The notes under the pieces: generated by a model
The model's input: only the letters and a program-made list of their open reading frames with translations
Told to the model about the DNA's origin: nothing
Databases searched by the model: none
Shown: one piece after another, positions 21,889 to 31,993 of the stretch
Layout: the number at the start of each line of letters is the position of its first letter
Position numbering within the stretch: position 1 is the first letter of the stretch
Made by a program: the position numbers and the translations under genes
From: Vicinamibacteria bacterium
Lineage (GTDB): Bacteria; Acidobacteriota; Vicinamibacteria; Marinacidobacterales; Marinacidobacteraceae
NCBI GenBank assembly: GCA_963668695.2
Contig: CAXXLQ010000004.1
Location: 1,280,001 to 1,344,000 of the forward strand
Length of the DNA: 64,000 nt
Reading direction: 5' to 3'

Positions 21889-23499
21889 ATGCGCCTTTTT
21901 CTGCCAACCCCTTCCGTCTTTCGGGGCGGGGTGCTTGTCGCCCTCGTCCTGCTGTCTGTCACCCGCTCCGACGCCTGGCAAGCGCGGGAAATAGACCTCA
22001 CTTCGGCCACGATCGCCGAGATCAACGAGGCAGTGGATGCCGGCGCACTGACCGCCGAGCGGCTCGTTGAGTTGTGCCTTGCCCGGATCGCCGCCTACGA
22101 CGATCAGGGGCCACGCATCAACGCCGTCATTTCGCTGAATCCCAACGCCCGGGAGCGAGCCCGGGAGTTGGACGCCGAGCGGGAGCGGTCGGGGCGCCGT
22201 TCGCCCCTCCACGGAATCCCGGTCGTGCTCAAGGACAATTTCGACACCGCGGATATCCCGACCACCGCGGGATCTTTCCTGCTTCAGGATTCGCTTCCCC
22301 CGGACGATGCCTTCGTGGTGCGGAAACTGAGGGAGGCCGGCGCCATTGTGCTGGCCAAGGTGAATCTCAGCGAATTCGCTTCCGGCGGCGCCATGAGTTC
22401 GCTCGGCGGGATCACCCGGAACCCGCACGATCCGGCCCGCACCCCCTCCGGATCGTCGGGTGGGACCGGTGCGGCCGTTGCTGCCGGCTACGGCTTCGTC
22501 GGACTGGGCTCGGACACCGGGGGATCCATCCGCGGGCCTTCCACCGCGAACGGACTTGCCGGGCTCAAACCGACGCTTGGGCTCCTCAGTCGTGACGGCA
22601 TCGTGCCGCTTGCCCTTTCCTTCGACACCGGCGGCCCGATGGCGCGTAGCGTCTACGACGTCGCGGTATCGCTGGGAACCATGGTCGGGGTGGATGAGGC
22701 TGACGCGGCGACGTCGAGAAGCGCCGGGAAGTTCCATGACGACTACACCCAGTTCCTGGATTCCGACGCCCTCGCGGGGGCTCGCCTCGGCGTAGCCCGC
22801 GACTTCATGGGGGTTGATCGCGAGGTGGACTGGACCATCGAAGCGGGCCTCGACGCGATGCGCGACGCTGGCGCCGAAGTCGTCGATGTTCGATTCCCGG
22901 AATGGCTCCTGGAGGTCGAGAGCGACTTCTACACGACCGTCCGCTGGGCGGAGTTTCGCAAGCAGATCGCGGAGTACCTGGAAGATCTCGGCGAGGGCTA
23001 CCCCAAGACGCTGGACGAACTCGTGGACCGTTCGATGGCTTTGCCTTCCCATCGGGACGGCCTTCGTCCGAATCCGGGACGCTGGAGCCTTTTCCTGCGC
23101 GAAAACGCAAGCGGGGACGTCACGGACTACGCGCACATCGCCGTACGAGAACACGCCCTGCCGCTGGTCCGTTCGCTTGTCGAGGGCCTGATGGACCAGG
23201 AGGAACTGGACGCCATCGTGTATCCGACTTCGCCGACACGACCGGCGCTGATTGATCGCCCCGCGGATCTCTATGGACCGTCTCCCATGCGCCTTGCGAA
23301 CATGAGCGGGTTCCCGGACTTGATCGTTCCTGCCGGGTTCACCGGCGGCGGCTTGCCAGTAGGCATTTCTTTCCTCGGCCGGGCGTTCAGCGAGCCGCGA
23401 CTCCTCGCGATCGGTTACGCGTTCGAGCAGCGAGTGAAGGCGCACCGGGTGCCCGAGCACACTCCGCCGCTGCCCGGTGAACGGATCAGCTATCGCTGA
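21889..23499 (+). CDS. Secreted amidase-signature family protein
   Basis: LHGIPVVLKDN, GSSGGTGAAVA, GSDTGGSIRGPS (Ser-cisSer-Lys triad); signal peptide. Confidence 0.92.
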   Translation: MRLFLPTPSVFRGGVLVALVLLSVTRSDAWQAREIDLTSATIAEINEAVDAGALTAERLVELCLARIAAYDDQGPRINAVISLNPNARERARELDAERERSGRRSPLHGIPVVLKDNFDTADIPTTAGSFLLQDSLPPDDAFVVRKLREAGAIVLAKVNLSEFASGGAMSSLGGITRNPHDPARTPSGSSGGTGAAVAAGYGFVGLGSDTGGSIRGPSTANGLAGLKPTLGLLSRDGIVPLALSFDTGGPMARSVYDVAVSLGTMVGVDEADAATSRSAGKFHDDYTQFLDSDALAGARLGVARDFMGVDREVDWTIEAGLDAMRDAGAEVVDVRFPEWLLEVESDFYTTVRWAEFRKQIAEYLEDLGEGYPKTLDELVDRSMALPSHRDGLRPNPGRWSLFLRENASGDVTDYAHIAVREHALPLVRSLVEGLMDQEELDAIVYPTSPTRPALIDRPADLYGPSPMRLANMSGFPDLIVPAGFTGGGLPVGISFLGRAFSEPRLLAIGYAFEQRVKAHRVPEHTPPLPGERISYR

Positions 23500-23510
23500 T
23501 CCGTAGGCCG

Positions 23511-24461
23511 CTAGTCCGGAATCCGCAGTACCCCTTCGGCGACCTCGACCGCCTGGCCGCCGACGCGCACGATGGAGGGTTGGCCGTTCTCGCGCTCGAC
23601 CTCCACATGGATCGAACTGGGGCGTCCGATCTCGTAGCCCTGTTCGATCACCAGACGGACCGGATCCCGACCGCCGTCCTTCGCCAATCCATGCCGGACG
23701 AGCCAAGCGCCCAGCGCCCCCGCGGCACTCCCGGTCGCCGGGTCCTCGGCCACTCCGAGTCCCGGAGCGAACATCCGGGCGTGAGCGGCGTTCTCCTCGT
23801 CGACGCACTGGGTGGAGAAGACCATCATGCAGTCTGAGCCGATTTCCTCCCTGTTGAGCAAGGCCTGCGCCGCCATCGCATCGAACTCCAGCTTTTCGAT
23901 GCTGCGAAGCGACCGTACCGGCACCATCAACTGTGGGAGCGCCGTCGAAACGACCTGTGCCGGCCTGTCGTCGGGCAGGACTTCGTCGGCGCCGATTCCG
24001 AGGCAGGCGGCGAGGGAGTTTCGGTCCGCGAACTCTGCGAAGAAACGCGGAGGCGCCTGCGTCATTACGACCTGTTGCACGGCACCGCCCGAGACTCGGA
24101 TATCCACTGGGAGCACCCCGGCGCCGCATTCCTGATGGATTCGATGGACACCGGTTCCGAGGTTCCTGAGCTTCTCACCAAGCCCCAGTTCCCCGCGCCC
24201 GGCGAGCACAAAGAACGTTCCCACGACGGGGTGCCCCGCCAGTGGAAGTTCGGTGTTGGGGGTGAAGATCCGAAGGCGGCAGAGCGCCTGCACATCGGTC
24301 GGCGGGAGTACGAACGCGGTTTCCGACAGGTTCATTTCTGCCGCGATCCGCTGCATGTCTTCGCCGGAGAGCCCCTCGGCGTCGGTGACGATGGCCAGCG
24401 GATTCCCCGCGAACGCGTGGTCGGTGAAAACGTCCGCCTGAAGGAACCGGTATTCGCGCAC
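23511..24461 (-). CDS. PhzF family isomerase/epimerase
   Basis: DVFTDHAFAGNPLA, MNLSETAF, IFTPNTELPLAGHP, EDPATGSA, EQGYEIGRPS; probable GTG start 24461. Confidence 0.92.
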   Translation of the reverse strand: MREYRFLQADVFTDHAFAGNPLAIVTDAEGLSGEDMQRIAAEMNLSETAFVLPPTDVQALCRLRIFTPNTELPLAGHPVVGTFFVLAGRGELGLGEKLRNLGTGVHRIHQECGAGVLPVDIRVSGGAVQQVVMTQAPPRFFAEFADRNSLAACLGIGADEVLPDDRPAQVVSTALPQLMVPVRSLRSIEKLEFDAMAAQALLNREEIGSDCMMVFSTQCVDEENAAHARMFAPGLGVAEDPATGSAAGALGAWLVRHGLAKDGGRDPVRLVIEQGYEIGRPSSIHVEVERENGQPSIVRVGGQAVEVAEGVLRIPD

Positions 24462-24474
24462 GAACGCCCCGAGT

Positions 24475-24960
24475 CTATCCGTTAGGAGGGAAGAGGCGAC
24501 CGCTTCGGTTGCGGTTGGGCGTTTGCTGTCCCTGCCGGATGGCTTCTTCCGAAGCGAGTTCATGGGCCCGTTCATTCCCCGGGTGCCCGGAATGACCCCG
24601 AACCCACTCGAACCGAACTGCGGGCCGCTTCGCGCGCGCGTCTGCCATCCGTCGCCACAGGTCAGCGTTCTTCACGGGGCGCCGGCCAGCCGTCTGCCAG
24701 CCGCGACGTATCCACGACGGAAGCCATTCGGTAGCGCCCTTGACCACGTACTGGCTGTCACAGATCACGGTCGCGGATATTCCGTCCGGAACGGCTTCCA
24801 CGGCCCGGATCGCGGCGGTGAGTTCCATCCGGTTGTTCGTGGTCTGCGGTTCGCCGCCGGAGAGAACGCGTTCCTCCCCAGCGCCCGAAAGGATCACGGC
24901 CGCCCAGCCCCCCGGCCCGGGGTTCCCGAGGCAGGAGCCGTCGCACGCGATACGCAGCAT
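24475..24960 (-). CDS. rnhA: Ribonuclease HI
   Basis: DGSCLGNPGPGGW, TTNNRMEL, DSQYV, VKNADLW, WVRGHSGHPGNE. Confidence 0.95.
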   Translation of the reverse strand: MLRIACDGSCLGNPGPGGWAAVILSGAGEERVLSGGEPQTTNNRMELTAAIRAVEAVPDGISATVICDSQYVVKGATEWLPSWIRRGWQTAGRRPVKNADLWRRMADARAKRPAVRFEWVRGHSGHPGNERAHELASEEAIRQGQQTPNRNRSGRLFPPNG

Positions 24961-24989
24961 CGACCGGTATCCTACGTTCCAAGTCGCCA

Positions 24990-25547
24990 GTGCCCTGGAT
25001 CCGCATGATTTCCCCCGACGCCCCCGAGGGCCGTACGGGGCGGCTCGGAACTCTCTACCGGCGACACCGGCGTCCTGATGGCCTCGTTGACAACATCCTT
25101 GGGGTATCCAGCTTGAACCCCGAGGCGCTGGAGCACCATCTGTCCCTGTACGAGCACCTGATGCGTGGCGAATCGGGGCTCGAGCTGGCGGAGCGGGAAC
25201 TGATTGCGGTCGCCGTTTCCGTGGTCAACGAGTGCCACTATTGAATCGAGCATCACCGGAGGGGTCTTCTCCGGCTGACGAGAGATCCGGAACTGGTGGA
25301 CGCCTTGCGCCGCGATCCCGCAGGATGTTCCCTTCCGCCGCGCCGCCGTGCTCTCGTTGACTACGCGATCAAGCTGGCGCGGACTCCGGCGAGTCTTGCC
25401 GAGGAAGACCTCGCGCCGCTCCGGAACGCCGGGCTTTCCGACCGCGACATCCACGACGCGTGTGCGGTGGCCTCCTACTACTGCTTCGTGAACCGCATGG
25501 CCACCGGCCTCGGTGTGGAGTTGGAAGAGGCGGGATCCGGGCCTTAG
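24990..25547 (+). CDS. AhpD-like / peroxidase-related selenoprotein (in-frame UGA at 25242-25244 read as Sec)
   Basis: The two ORF-track pieces share one frame: ERELIAVAVSVVNEC-H-Y-TGA-IEHH... matches the NxCxYCxxxH motif; C-terminus YYCFVNRMATGLGV; SECIS-like hairpin follows. Confidence 0.85.
25253..25278 (+). promoter_or_regulatory. Putative bacterial SECIS element
   Basis: tca-ccggagg-GGTCT-tctccgg-c-tga stem-loop; apical loop about 18 nt after the UGA. Confidence 0.7.
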
Positions 25548-25764
25548 CAGCCTGTGGTGGAACCCGGGTGAGCGCCGAGAGCGGGGAGGCGCCCGGCTGA
25601 CAAGGCGCGTGAGGGAGGAGCCCCCACCGGGAGAACTGGCCCGAGTGTATTTCGACCGAAACGCAACGCAGAGCGCCGCAAAGCGCCAGTTCTCCCGGTG
25701 GGGGGGCGGTTCAGGCGGGATGCATCGCCGCTCGAACGCCGCCTGGGTATTCACCACAGGCTGT
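25547..25764. mobile_element. MITE-like repeat copy in the selenoprotein stop codon
   Basis: tTA|gcagcctgtgg...ccacaggctgt|TAg. Confidence 0.85.
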
Positions 25765-25816
25765 TAGCTTCCGGGCCGGTTGGCAGGCTGTTAGCTTCCG
25801 GGCCGGTTGGCAGGCT
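25757..25816. repeat. 27-bp tandem duplication spanning the MITE right end and its flank
   Basis: caggctgttagcttccgggccggttgg twice, then caggct. Confidence 0.85.
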
Positions 25817-25817
25817 C

Positions 25818-27782
25818 TCAGCGAACCCCCTGGCTGCCTACGGCGTGGTCGAGTCTTTCGAGTTCTTCGTAAAGAGACGGCAATCGGCTCTTGAGATCCT
25901 CGTAGGTAGCGGTGACCTCCCGGGATCCTTCGCGATCGCCGAAGAAGCCGGGAGCGGCCATGCGCGCTTCCAGGCTCTCGACGGCCGCTTCGGTGTCCGC
26001 GATCGTTTCGAACACTTCCCGCCATTCACGCCGTAATTGCCGCAGGCGGTTCTTGCCCGGTGGCCGGCGCTCGCCAACCGCGGTCGTCTGCTTCGCGTCC
26101 CGCTTCGGCCGCTTGGCCACGCTTGCCGCCCGGGCGTCAGGGGCCGGGGGCCCCTTCTCGGCGGGCGCCGGGGGCCGCTTCTCGGCGGGCGTCGTCGGGC
26201 TGGTTCTCGCGAGGTAGTCCGAATAGTTGCCCCAGTAAAGAGCCGCCCCGCCGCCGCCGATCGCTGCTACCCGGGTGGCCAGGGCGTCCATGAAGTGCCG
26301 GTCGTGGGCGACGAACACGATGGTTCCCTGATAGGTCGAGAGGGCGTTCAGCAGCGCTGCTTTGGCATCCAGATCGAGATGGTTGGTGGGCTCGTCGAGC
26401 AACAGGAGGTTTGCGGGACGAAGGAACAGCCGAGCCAGTGCCAGTCGACTTCGTTCTCCTCCTGACAGGACCTCTGTCTTTTTTTCCACCGTGTCTCCGG
26501 AGAAAAGGAACGCGCCGAGGATGTTGCGGATCTCGGGAAGCATCGAGAGCGGCGCCGCGTCGGCCATGGTCTCCCGCACGCTGCGCGCGGGATCCAGGTC
26601 GTGCCGGTCGGGTCCGTAGTAGGCGATGCGGGCGTTATGGCCGAGTTCACGCGTTCCCGAATTCGGAGGGTCCTCGCCGGCGATGAGACGGATGAGGGTG
26701 GATTTCCCGGCGCCGTTCGGACCGACGAGCGCCAGGCGCTGACCGCGTTCCACGACCAGATCCACGCCGCGGAAGACTTCGTTATCCCCGAACGCTCTTG
26801 CGATGCCGGTAAGCGTCACGAGAATCCTGCCCGAGCGCGGCGGATGCGGCAGTCGCAGTGCTACCCGTCGGGGCTCCGGAGGTACTTCGATCCGCTCGAT
26901 CTTTTCGAGCATGCGGACCCGGCTCTGAACCTGCCGCGCCCGACTGGCCTGGTAGCGGAAACGGCTGATGAAGCGCTCGGTACGTTCGATTTCGGCCGCC
27001 TGCTCAGCAGCCCGCTTCCGCAGGTCGGCGATTTCGGCCGCCCGTTGGGACTCGTACCGGCTGTAGTTTCCGGGGTAGTTGCCAAGGCGACCGAGCCCGA
27101 TCTCGGTGATCCGCGTAACCACGGAATCGAGAAAAAACCGGTCGTGGGCGACCAGCACCAGTCCTCCGCGGTGCCGTGCGACGAATCCGAGCAACCAGGT
27201 TCGGGCCTCGATGTCCAGGTAGTTTGTTGGTTCATCGAGGAGAACGAGATCGTTCGCTTCGACCAGCAACCGGGCGAGGGCGATTCGCATCTGCCAACCC
27301 TGGCTGAAGGTTTCCACGGGGTGGTCCTGATCCGCGGTGGCGAATCCCAGACCGGAAAGCACTTCGCTGATGCGGACATCCATTTCGTATCCGCCGCGGC
27401 GCTGCCACTCCTCTTCCAGTTCTCCGTAGCGTGCGAGGAGTTCCGGCTCATCGCGCGTCTGGGACAGTCGCTCGGCTACCTCCTCCTGCTCCCGGCGCAG
27501 CCGCAGCAGGTCGGCGAAGGCAGTGCGCACTTCTTCAAAGACGCTGCGGCCCGTCAGCTGGAGACCGTCCTGGGGCAGGTATCCGACCCGCTTGCCCTTG
27601 GCCAGCACAACCTTTCCGCCGTCCAGCGGGACTTTTCCCGCCAGAATCTTCAGCAGGGTGGATTTCCCGGATCCGTTGGGTCCGACCAGACCGATGCGAT
27701 CGCCGTTGCCGACCTGCCAGGACACTTCACGGAGCAGGACCTGTTCCCCGTAGGCCTTCGAGACCCCGACGAGCTGGATCAT
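25818..27782 (-). CDS. ABC-F family ATP-binding protein
   Basis: Two ABC domains (GPNGSGKST, GPNGAGKST, LLDEPTN twice, AHDR), interdomain linker and C-terminal coiled coil; no TM segments. Confidence 0.95.
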   Translation of the reverse strand: MIQLVGVSKAYGEQVLLREVSWQVGNGDRIGLVGPNGSGKSTLLKILAGKVPLDGGKVVLAKGKRVGYLPQDGLQLTGRSVFEEVRTAFADLLRLRREQEEVAERLSQTRDEPELLARYGELEEEWQRRGGYEMDVRISEVLSGLGFATADQDHPVETFSQGWQMRIALARLLVEANDLVLLDEPTNYLDIEARTWLLGFVARHRGGLVLVAHDRFFLDSVVTRITEIGLGRLGNYPGNYSRYESQRAAEIADLRKRAAEQAAEIERTERFISRFRYQASRARQVQSRVRMLEKIERIEVPPEPRRVALRLPHPPRSGRILVTLTGIARAFGDNEVFRGVDLVVERGQRLALVGPNGAGKSTLIRLIAGEDPPNSGTRELGHNARIAYYGPDRHDLDPARSVRETMADAAPLSMLPEIRNILGAFLFSGDTVEKKTEVLSGGERSRLALARLFLRPANLLLLDEPTNHLDLDAKAALLNALSTYQGTIVFVAHDRHFMDALATRVAAIGGGGAALYWGNYSDYLARTSPTTPAEKRPPAPAEKGPPAPDARAASVAKRPKRDAKQTTAVGERRPPGKNRLRQLRREWREVFETIADTEAAVESLEARMAAPGFFGDREGSREVTATYEDLKSRLPSLYEELERLDHAVGSQGVR

Positions 27783-27897
27783 GGTTTCCGCGGAGAACCG
27801 TATCGTGGGGAACGGCCTTCCGGCCGGGTTTCAGGATGACCGTGGAAACTGCCTCCGCCCGCTGGAACCCATCAGGGTTGGTCATAATGTGGAGTCC

Positions 27898-30800
27898 ATG
27901 AATCGGAGGATCCAGCCCCACCGTCGCCGGCTTCTGCTCCTGGCGGCGGCCGTTGTCCTTTGCTCTGTCGGCGCCCAGACACCCGGGCAGGAAGCGGCCG
28001 CCAGAATGAGTCGTGGGGTAGCGCTGCTCGAGCAGTTTCGGTTCTCGGATGCGGCCGCCGAGTTCGAGAGGGTGGTGGAGCTTCGACCGGAGTCGGTAGC
28101 CGCCCACGTGAATCTCGGAATTGCGTGGTTCAACGAGCGTGACTTCGCAGCGGCTCGTGATTCCTTCGCTCGGGCCCGTGATCTCAATCCCGGTGGGCTT
28201 CACGCGCAGTACAACCTGGGTCTCATCGAGAAGCTCGAGGGCAATACCGAGGCGGCGCTGACCGCCTTCCGGCGTGTCGCCGAGGCCGATCCCGACGATG
28301 CAATGACGCAGTACTACCTGGGCGCCGCCTATGCCGCTGCCGGTCGTCTCGAGGAGGCCGAGACCGCGCTGCGCACCGCCATCCGGCTTCAACCGGAGCA
28401 CGAATCAGCCCACTTCAGCTTGGGGAACGTGCTCGTTCGGGCGGGCCGTCGGGACGAGGGCCGCGCCCAGTTGATGCGGTTCCAGGAACTGAAGAACAGC
28501 TTTTCGGGAGGCGGCGTCTCGGCGGGGCTCCAGTACACCGAGCTGGGGCCCTACGCAGAAGCCGTCGAAGAGCGCCCGGTTCCGCTGCATGGCGGGCAGA
28601 ACGAGCCCGTTACCCAGGGCGCGGCCGGTTTCTCGGAATCCACCGCCGAGTGGAACCTCGCGCTGCCTCCTCTGGACCGGACTCCCGAACCGCCTCGGAC
28701 CCTCCGGATGGAGGACTATTCGACCGATTGGGTGGCGCGGCATCTGCTGCCCCAGCTCGGCTCCGGGGTTGCGATACGGGATCTCGATGGAGACGGGAGG
28801 CCAGAAATCCTCTTCGTGCGGAACGGGACGGTTGTGCTGTTTCGCAACACGGGAGATGGCTTCGAAGTCTGGGAGAACGCCGGACTCGAGGTTTCCGGGG
28901 CGGTCAGCGTGACCGTGGGTGATGTGGACCTCGATGGGGATCCGGACCTCTATTTCGCGGGGGTCGGGCCCAACACGCTGCTCCTCAACCGGTTTGGCGA
29001 GACCGGACCGCTCTTCGCGGCGGCGGGGGTTTCGGGAGCTGAGGGAGACGACGTTTCGGTGGGCGCCACTTTCGCCGACTTCGACCATGACGGCGATCTC
29101 GATCTCCAGGTGTCCAACTACGCCCCTTCTTCGCTGGACGGGTTCGATGGGGTTCCGGAGGTGCTTCGCGTTCCGGATGATCTACCAGGTGCTCCGAACC
29201 GCCTCTATCGGAATGACGGCAGCGGGAATTTCACGGATGTAGCCGAGGAAACCCGGACAGCCGGCGGAGCCCGGCGCAGCCTCTTCGCGCTGTTCTCGGA
29301 CTGGGACGACGACCGGGATGTGGACTTCCTGGTGGTGAATGACGGTAGCCCCGTCCAGGTCTTTTCGAACGATCGGGTCGGGACCTTTACCGAGAGCTCC
29401 GAGGAATGGGGCGTCGAAACGGCCTCCCGGATGCGGGGCGCCGCGGCAGCCGACTACGATCGGGATGGCTTTTTTGACCTTCTGCTCTCGGCCGAGGGGA
29501 ACGCTCTCAACATGCTGCTGCGGGGATCCGGACCTGGCGGTTTTTCTCCGGACGTCGGGTCTCCGTTCCTGCTCCGCGCCGGCGTTCCGGGGGCTCGCTA
29601 CGGCGTCTCCTTCCTCGACGCCGACCATGACATGGATCTGGACCTCCTGATGGTCACCGCCGGCGCCGGAGCGCCTCTGACCTATTACGAGAACACCGCT
29701 GCCGGATTCTCACGCGCCGGAACGTTCGGCGACGGGCTTGAATCCGGAGAAGAAGCGAGGGCGCTGGCGACCGGTGATCTGGACGGTGACGGGGACCTCG
29801 ACGCGGTGATCGGTACGACGCGGGGCCGCGTCCTTGCCTTCCGGAACGATCAGACGGGCGCCGGAAACTGGATGGCGGTGAGCCCGCGGGGCCTGCGCAG
29901 CAATCTCGATGGCGTCGGCACCAAGATAGAGGTCCGGGCTTCCGGGGTCAGCCAGCGCCGTCAGGTGCAGACGACTTCGGGTTACCTGTCGCAGAACGAT
30001 CTTCCCGTGCATTTCGGGCTGGGGGATGCGCTGGCTGCCGACTATGTCCGGTTCCTCTGGCCGGGAGGCGTGAAACAGGTAGAGCTCGACGTTCCGGCGC
30101 AGGCGGTCGCGTCGGTGGAGGAGCTGAACCGCAAGGGCACCTCGTGTCCCGTCCTCTACGCGTGGGATGGGGAACGGATCCGCTTCGTCACCGACTTTCT
30201 TGGCGGCAGCGCTCTCGGAAACCTCCTCGCTCCCGGAACCCACAACTTCCCGGATACTGCCGAAGTCGTGAAGATGGAAGCGTTCCCGCTGGTTCCGCGG
30301 AACGGGGCGTTCGAGATGCGCTGGGTAAACCAGCTTGAGGAGGTCATCTTCTACGATCGCGCGGCACTGTGGGTGGCGGACCATCCGGAGGAGGTGGATG
30401 TCTTCCCGGAGGAACGCCTCATGCCGGGCCCGCCATACCCGGAGCCGGGGCTGATCGCAGTAAGCAACCGGCGCGCTCCCACCGCCGCGTCCTCGTCCGG
30501 CAAGACAGGAGGCGGACGGGACGTGACGGCGGCGCTCTCGCGCGTGGATCGGGACTATGTGGACGATTTCGCCTTGCTCCCGTTCAAGGGATACGCGGAA
30601 CCCCACGCACTGACGCTGACCTTCGACGAGGTGCGCCCCGGCGTTCAGCACGTCCTCCTCCTCTACGGATGGGTGGACTATGCGGATTCCAGTTCCAATC
30701 TCGCGGCCTCCCAGGCGGGCGTCCGGAGCCAGCCTCCGGTCCTCGAGGTTGCCGAAGGCGGTGGGTTCCGGATGGCCGTGGACCGAATGGGATTCCCGGC

Positions 30801-31494
30801 GGGTCTGCCCAAGACGATGGTGGTGCGGCTGGAGGATGCCGCGGTCGAGAGCGGGCGCCCGCTCCGGATCCGGACCAACATGCGGATCTACTGGGATCGC
30901 ATCGAACTTGCCGAGGTCGCCGAGACCTCGATTCAGGAGTGGCGACTGGACGCCGCGAGCGCTGAGTTCGGCTTCGCGGGATATCCCGAACCCCACCGCC
31001 CACGCGGAATCCCTCCCACCGAATACCGATACGGGACTCGCGCCGCCCGGGACATCTGGGGCGCCCACGAGGGGGACTACACCCGCTATGGGGACGTGCT
31101 GCCGCTCCTCGCTGAGATAGACGACCGCTACGTGATCGCCCGGCACGGAGACGAACTACGGCTAGGCTTCGACGCGCAGCAACTCCCGCCGACGGCCCCC
31201 GGAACCCGACGCACGTTCTTTGCATTCGCTGATGGATTCGGGAAGGACATGGACCTGAACTCCGCCCGGCCGCACACCGTCGGGCCCCTTCCCTTCCACG
31301 GGATGCCCAGCTACCCGTATCCCGAAGAGGTCTATCCGGATTCCGAAGAGTTGGCGCGCTGGCGGGCCGAATACAACACGCGGCGTATCGGCCCCGAGGG
31401 GCGGCACGGATTCCTGGACGACGGTGAGCCGCCGGGCGTGACGACCGGCGCTCCCGTCCCGCCCGCTGACGGCAGCCGGGAGCGACGTCGCTGA
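27898..31494 (+). CDS. Secreted TPR + FG-GAP/VCBS repeat + ASPIC/UnbV (CRTAC1-like) protein
   Basis: Signal peptide, TPRs, repeated DxDGDxD loops, SGYLSQNDLPVHFGLG, SCPVLYAWDG C-terminal extension. Confidence 0.88.
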   Translation: MNRRIQPHRRRLLLLAAAVVLCSVGAQTPGQEAAARMSRGVALLEQFRFSDAAAEFERVVELRPESVAAHVNLGIAWFNERDFAAARDSFARARDLNPGGLHAQYNLGLIEKLEGNTEAALTAFRRVAEADPDDAMTQYYLGAAYAAAGRLEEAETALRTAIRLQPEHESAHFSLGNVLVRAGRRDEGRAQLMRFQELKNSFSGGGVSAGLQYTELGPYAEAVEERPVPLHGGQNEPVTQGAAGFSESTAEWNLALPPLDRTPEPPRTLRMEDYSTDWVARHLLPQLGSGVAIRDLDGDGRPEILFVRNGTVVLFRNTGDGFEVWENAGLEVSGAVSVTVGDVDLDGDPDLYFAGVGPNTLLLNRFGETGPLFAAAGVSGAEGDDVSVGATFADFDHDGDLDLQVSNYAPSSLDGFDGVPEVLRVPDDLPGAPNRLYRNDGSGNFTDVAEETRTAGGARRSLFALFSDWDDDRDVDFLVVNDGSPVQVFSNDRVGTFTESSEEWGVETASRMRGAAAADYDRDGFFDLLLSAEGNALNMLLRGSGPGGFSPDVGSPFLLRAGVPGARYGVSFLDADHDMDLDLLMVTAGAGAPLTYYENTAAGFSRAGTFGDGLESGEEARALATGDLDGDGDLDAVIGTTRGRVLAFRNDQTGAGNWMAVSPRGLRSNLDGVGTKIEVRASGVSQRRQVQTTSGYLSQNDLPVHFGLGDALAADYVRFLWPGGVKQVELDVPAQAVASVEELNRKGTSCPVLYAWDGERIRFVTDFLGGSALGNLLAPGTHNFPDTAEVVKMEAFPLVPRNGAFEMRWVNQLEEVIFYDRAALWVADHPEEVDVFPEERLMPGPPYPEPGLIAVSNRRAPTAASSSGKTGGGRDVTAALSRVDRDYVDDFALLPFKGYAEPHALTLTFDEVRPGVQHVLLLYGWVDYADSSSNLAASQAGVRSQPPVLEVAEGGGFRMAVDRMGFPAGLPKTMVVRLEDAAVESGRPLRIRTNMRIYWDRIELAEVAETSIQEWRLDAASAEFGFAGYPEPHRPRGIPPTEYRYGTRAARDIWGAHEGDYTRYGDVLPLLAEIDDRYVIARHGDELRLGFDAQQLPPTAPGTRRTFFAFADGFGKDMDLNSARPHTVGPLPFHGMPSYPYPEEVYPDSEELARWRAEYNTRRIGPEGRHGFLDDGEPPGVTTGAPVPPADGSRERRR

Positions 31495-31509
31495 ACAATC
31501 GATTGGGTC

Positions 31510-31980
31510 ATGCCGAGAGACGCCCTCCGCACCGAGCTCTACCGGTTGCTCTTCGACGATGAGCAGGGGGCGGCGGCCTTTCTCGCACCCCGAATGCTTG
31601 CGGACCCGCAGTCACTAACCCCGGAGGTGCGGTGGTGCCTGGTCTATCTCCTCCGCGGGATACGCTCGGTGGCAGCCAGCAGCCGTCTCCTGGAACCGGA
31701 CTCGGTGCTCTACCTGGTGGCGCACACGGTTGAGACGGCGCGGACGGCGACCGCCGCCGTGGATGGTCTCTGGTACGAGATCGCGAGGGAGCTGCCGGGC
31801 CACTGGCTGCGACGCTACGAGCAGGGCGAGATTCGGTACTCGCTGGAAGAACTGCGCTACCTGAACCTTCTTCTCGCCCGGATCTGGCTCGTGGAGCGCC
31901 AACGGATCGCGTTCATGGATCCGCCGCTGCTGCCGCGCTACCTGCGCGAGCCGGTGGGGGCGGGGTCAGCGCGGATCTGA
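31510..31980 (+). CDS. Hypothetical helical protein
   Basis: ATG 16 nt after the upstream stop; ordinary globular composition. Confidence 0.6.
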   Translation: MPRDALRTELYRLLFDDEQGAAAFLAPRMLADPQSLTPEVRWCLVYLLRGIRSVAASSRLLEPDSVLYLVAHTVETARTATAAVDGLWYEIARELPGHWLRRYEQGEIRYSLEELRYLNLLLARIWLVERQRIAFMDPPLLPRYLREPVGAGSARI

Positions 31981-31993
31981 CCCCGCGGGAGCT

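Noticed and set aside
24990-25547. Two separate small genes or a nonsense pseudogene
   Set aside because: Same frame, TGA falls precisely on a conserved Cys position and is followed by a SECIS-like hairpin
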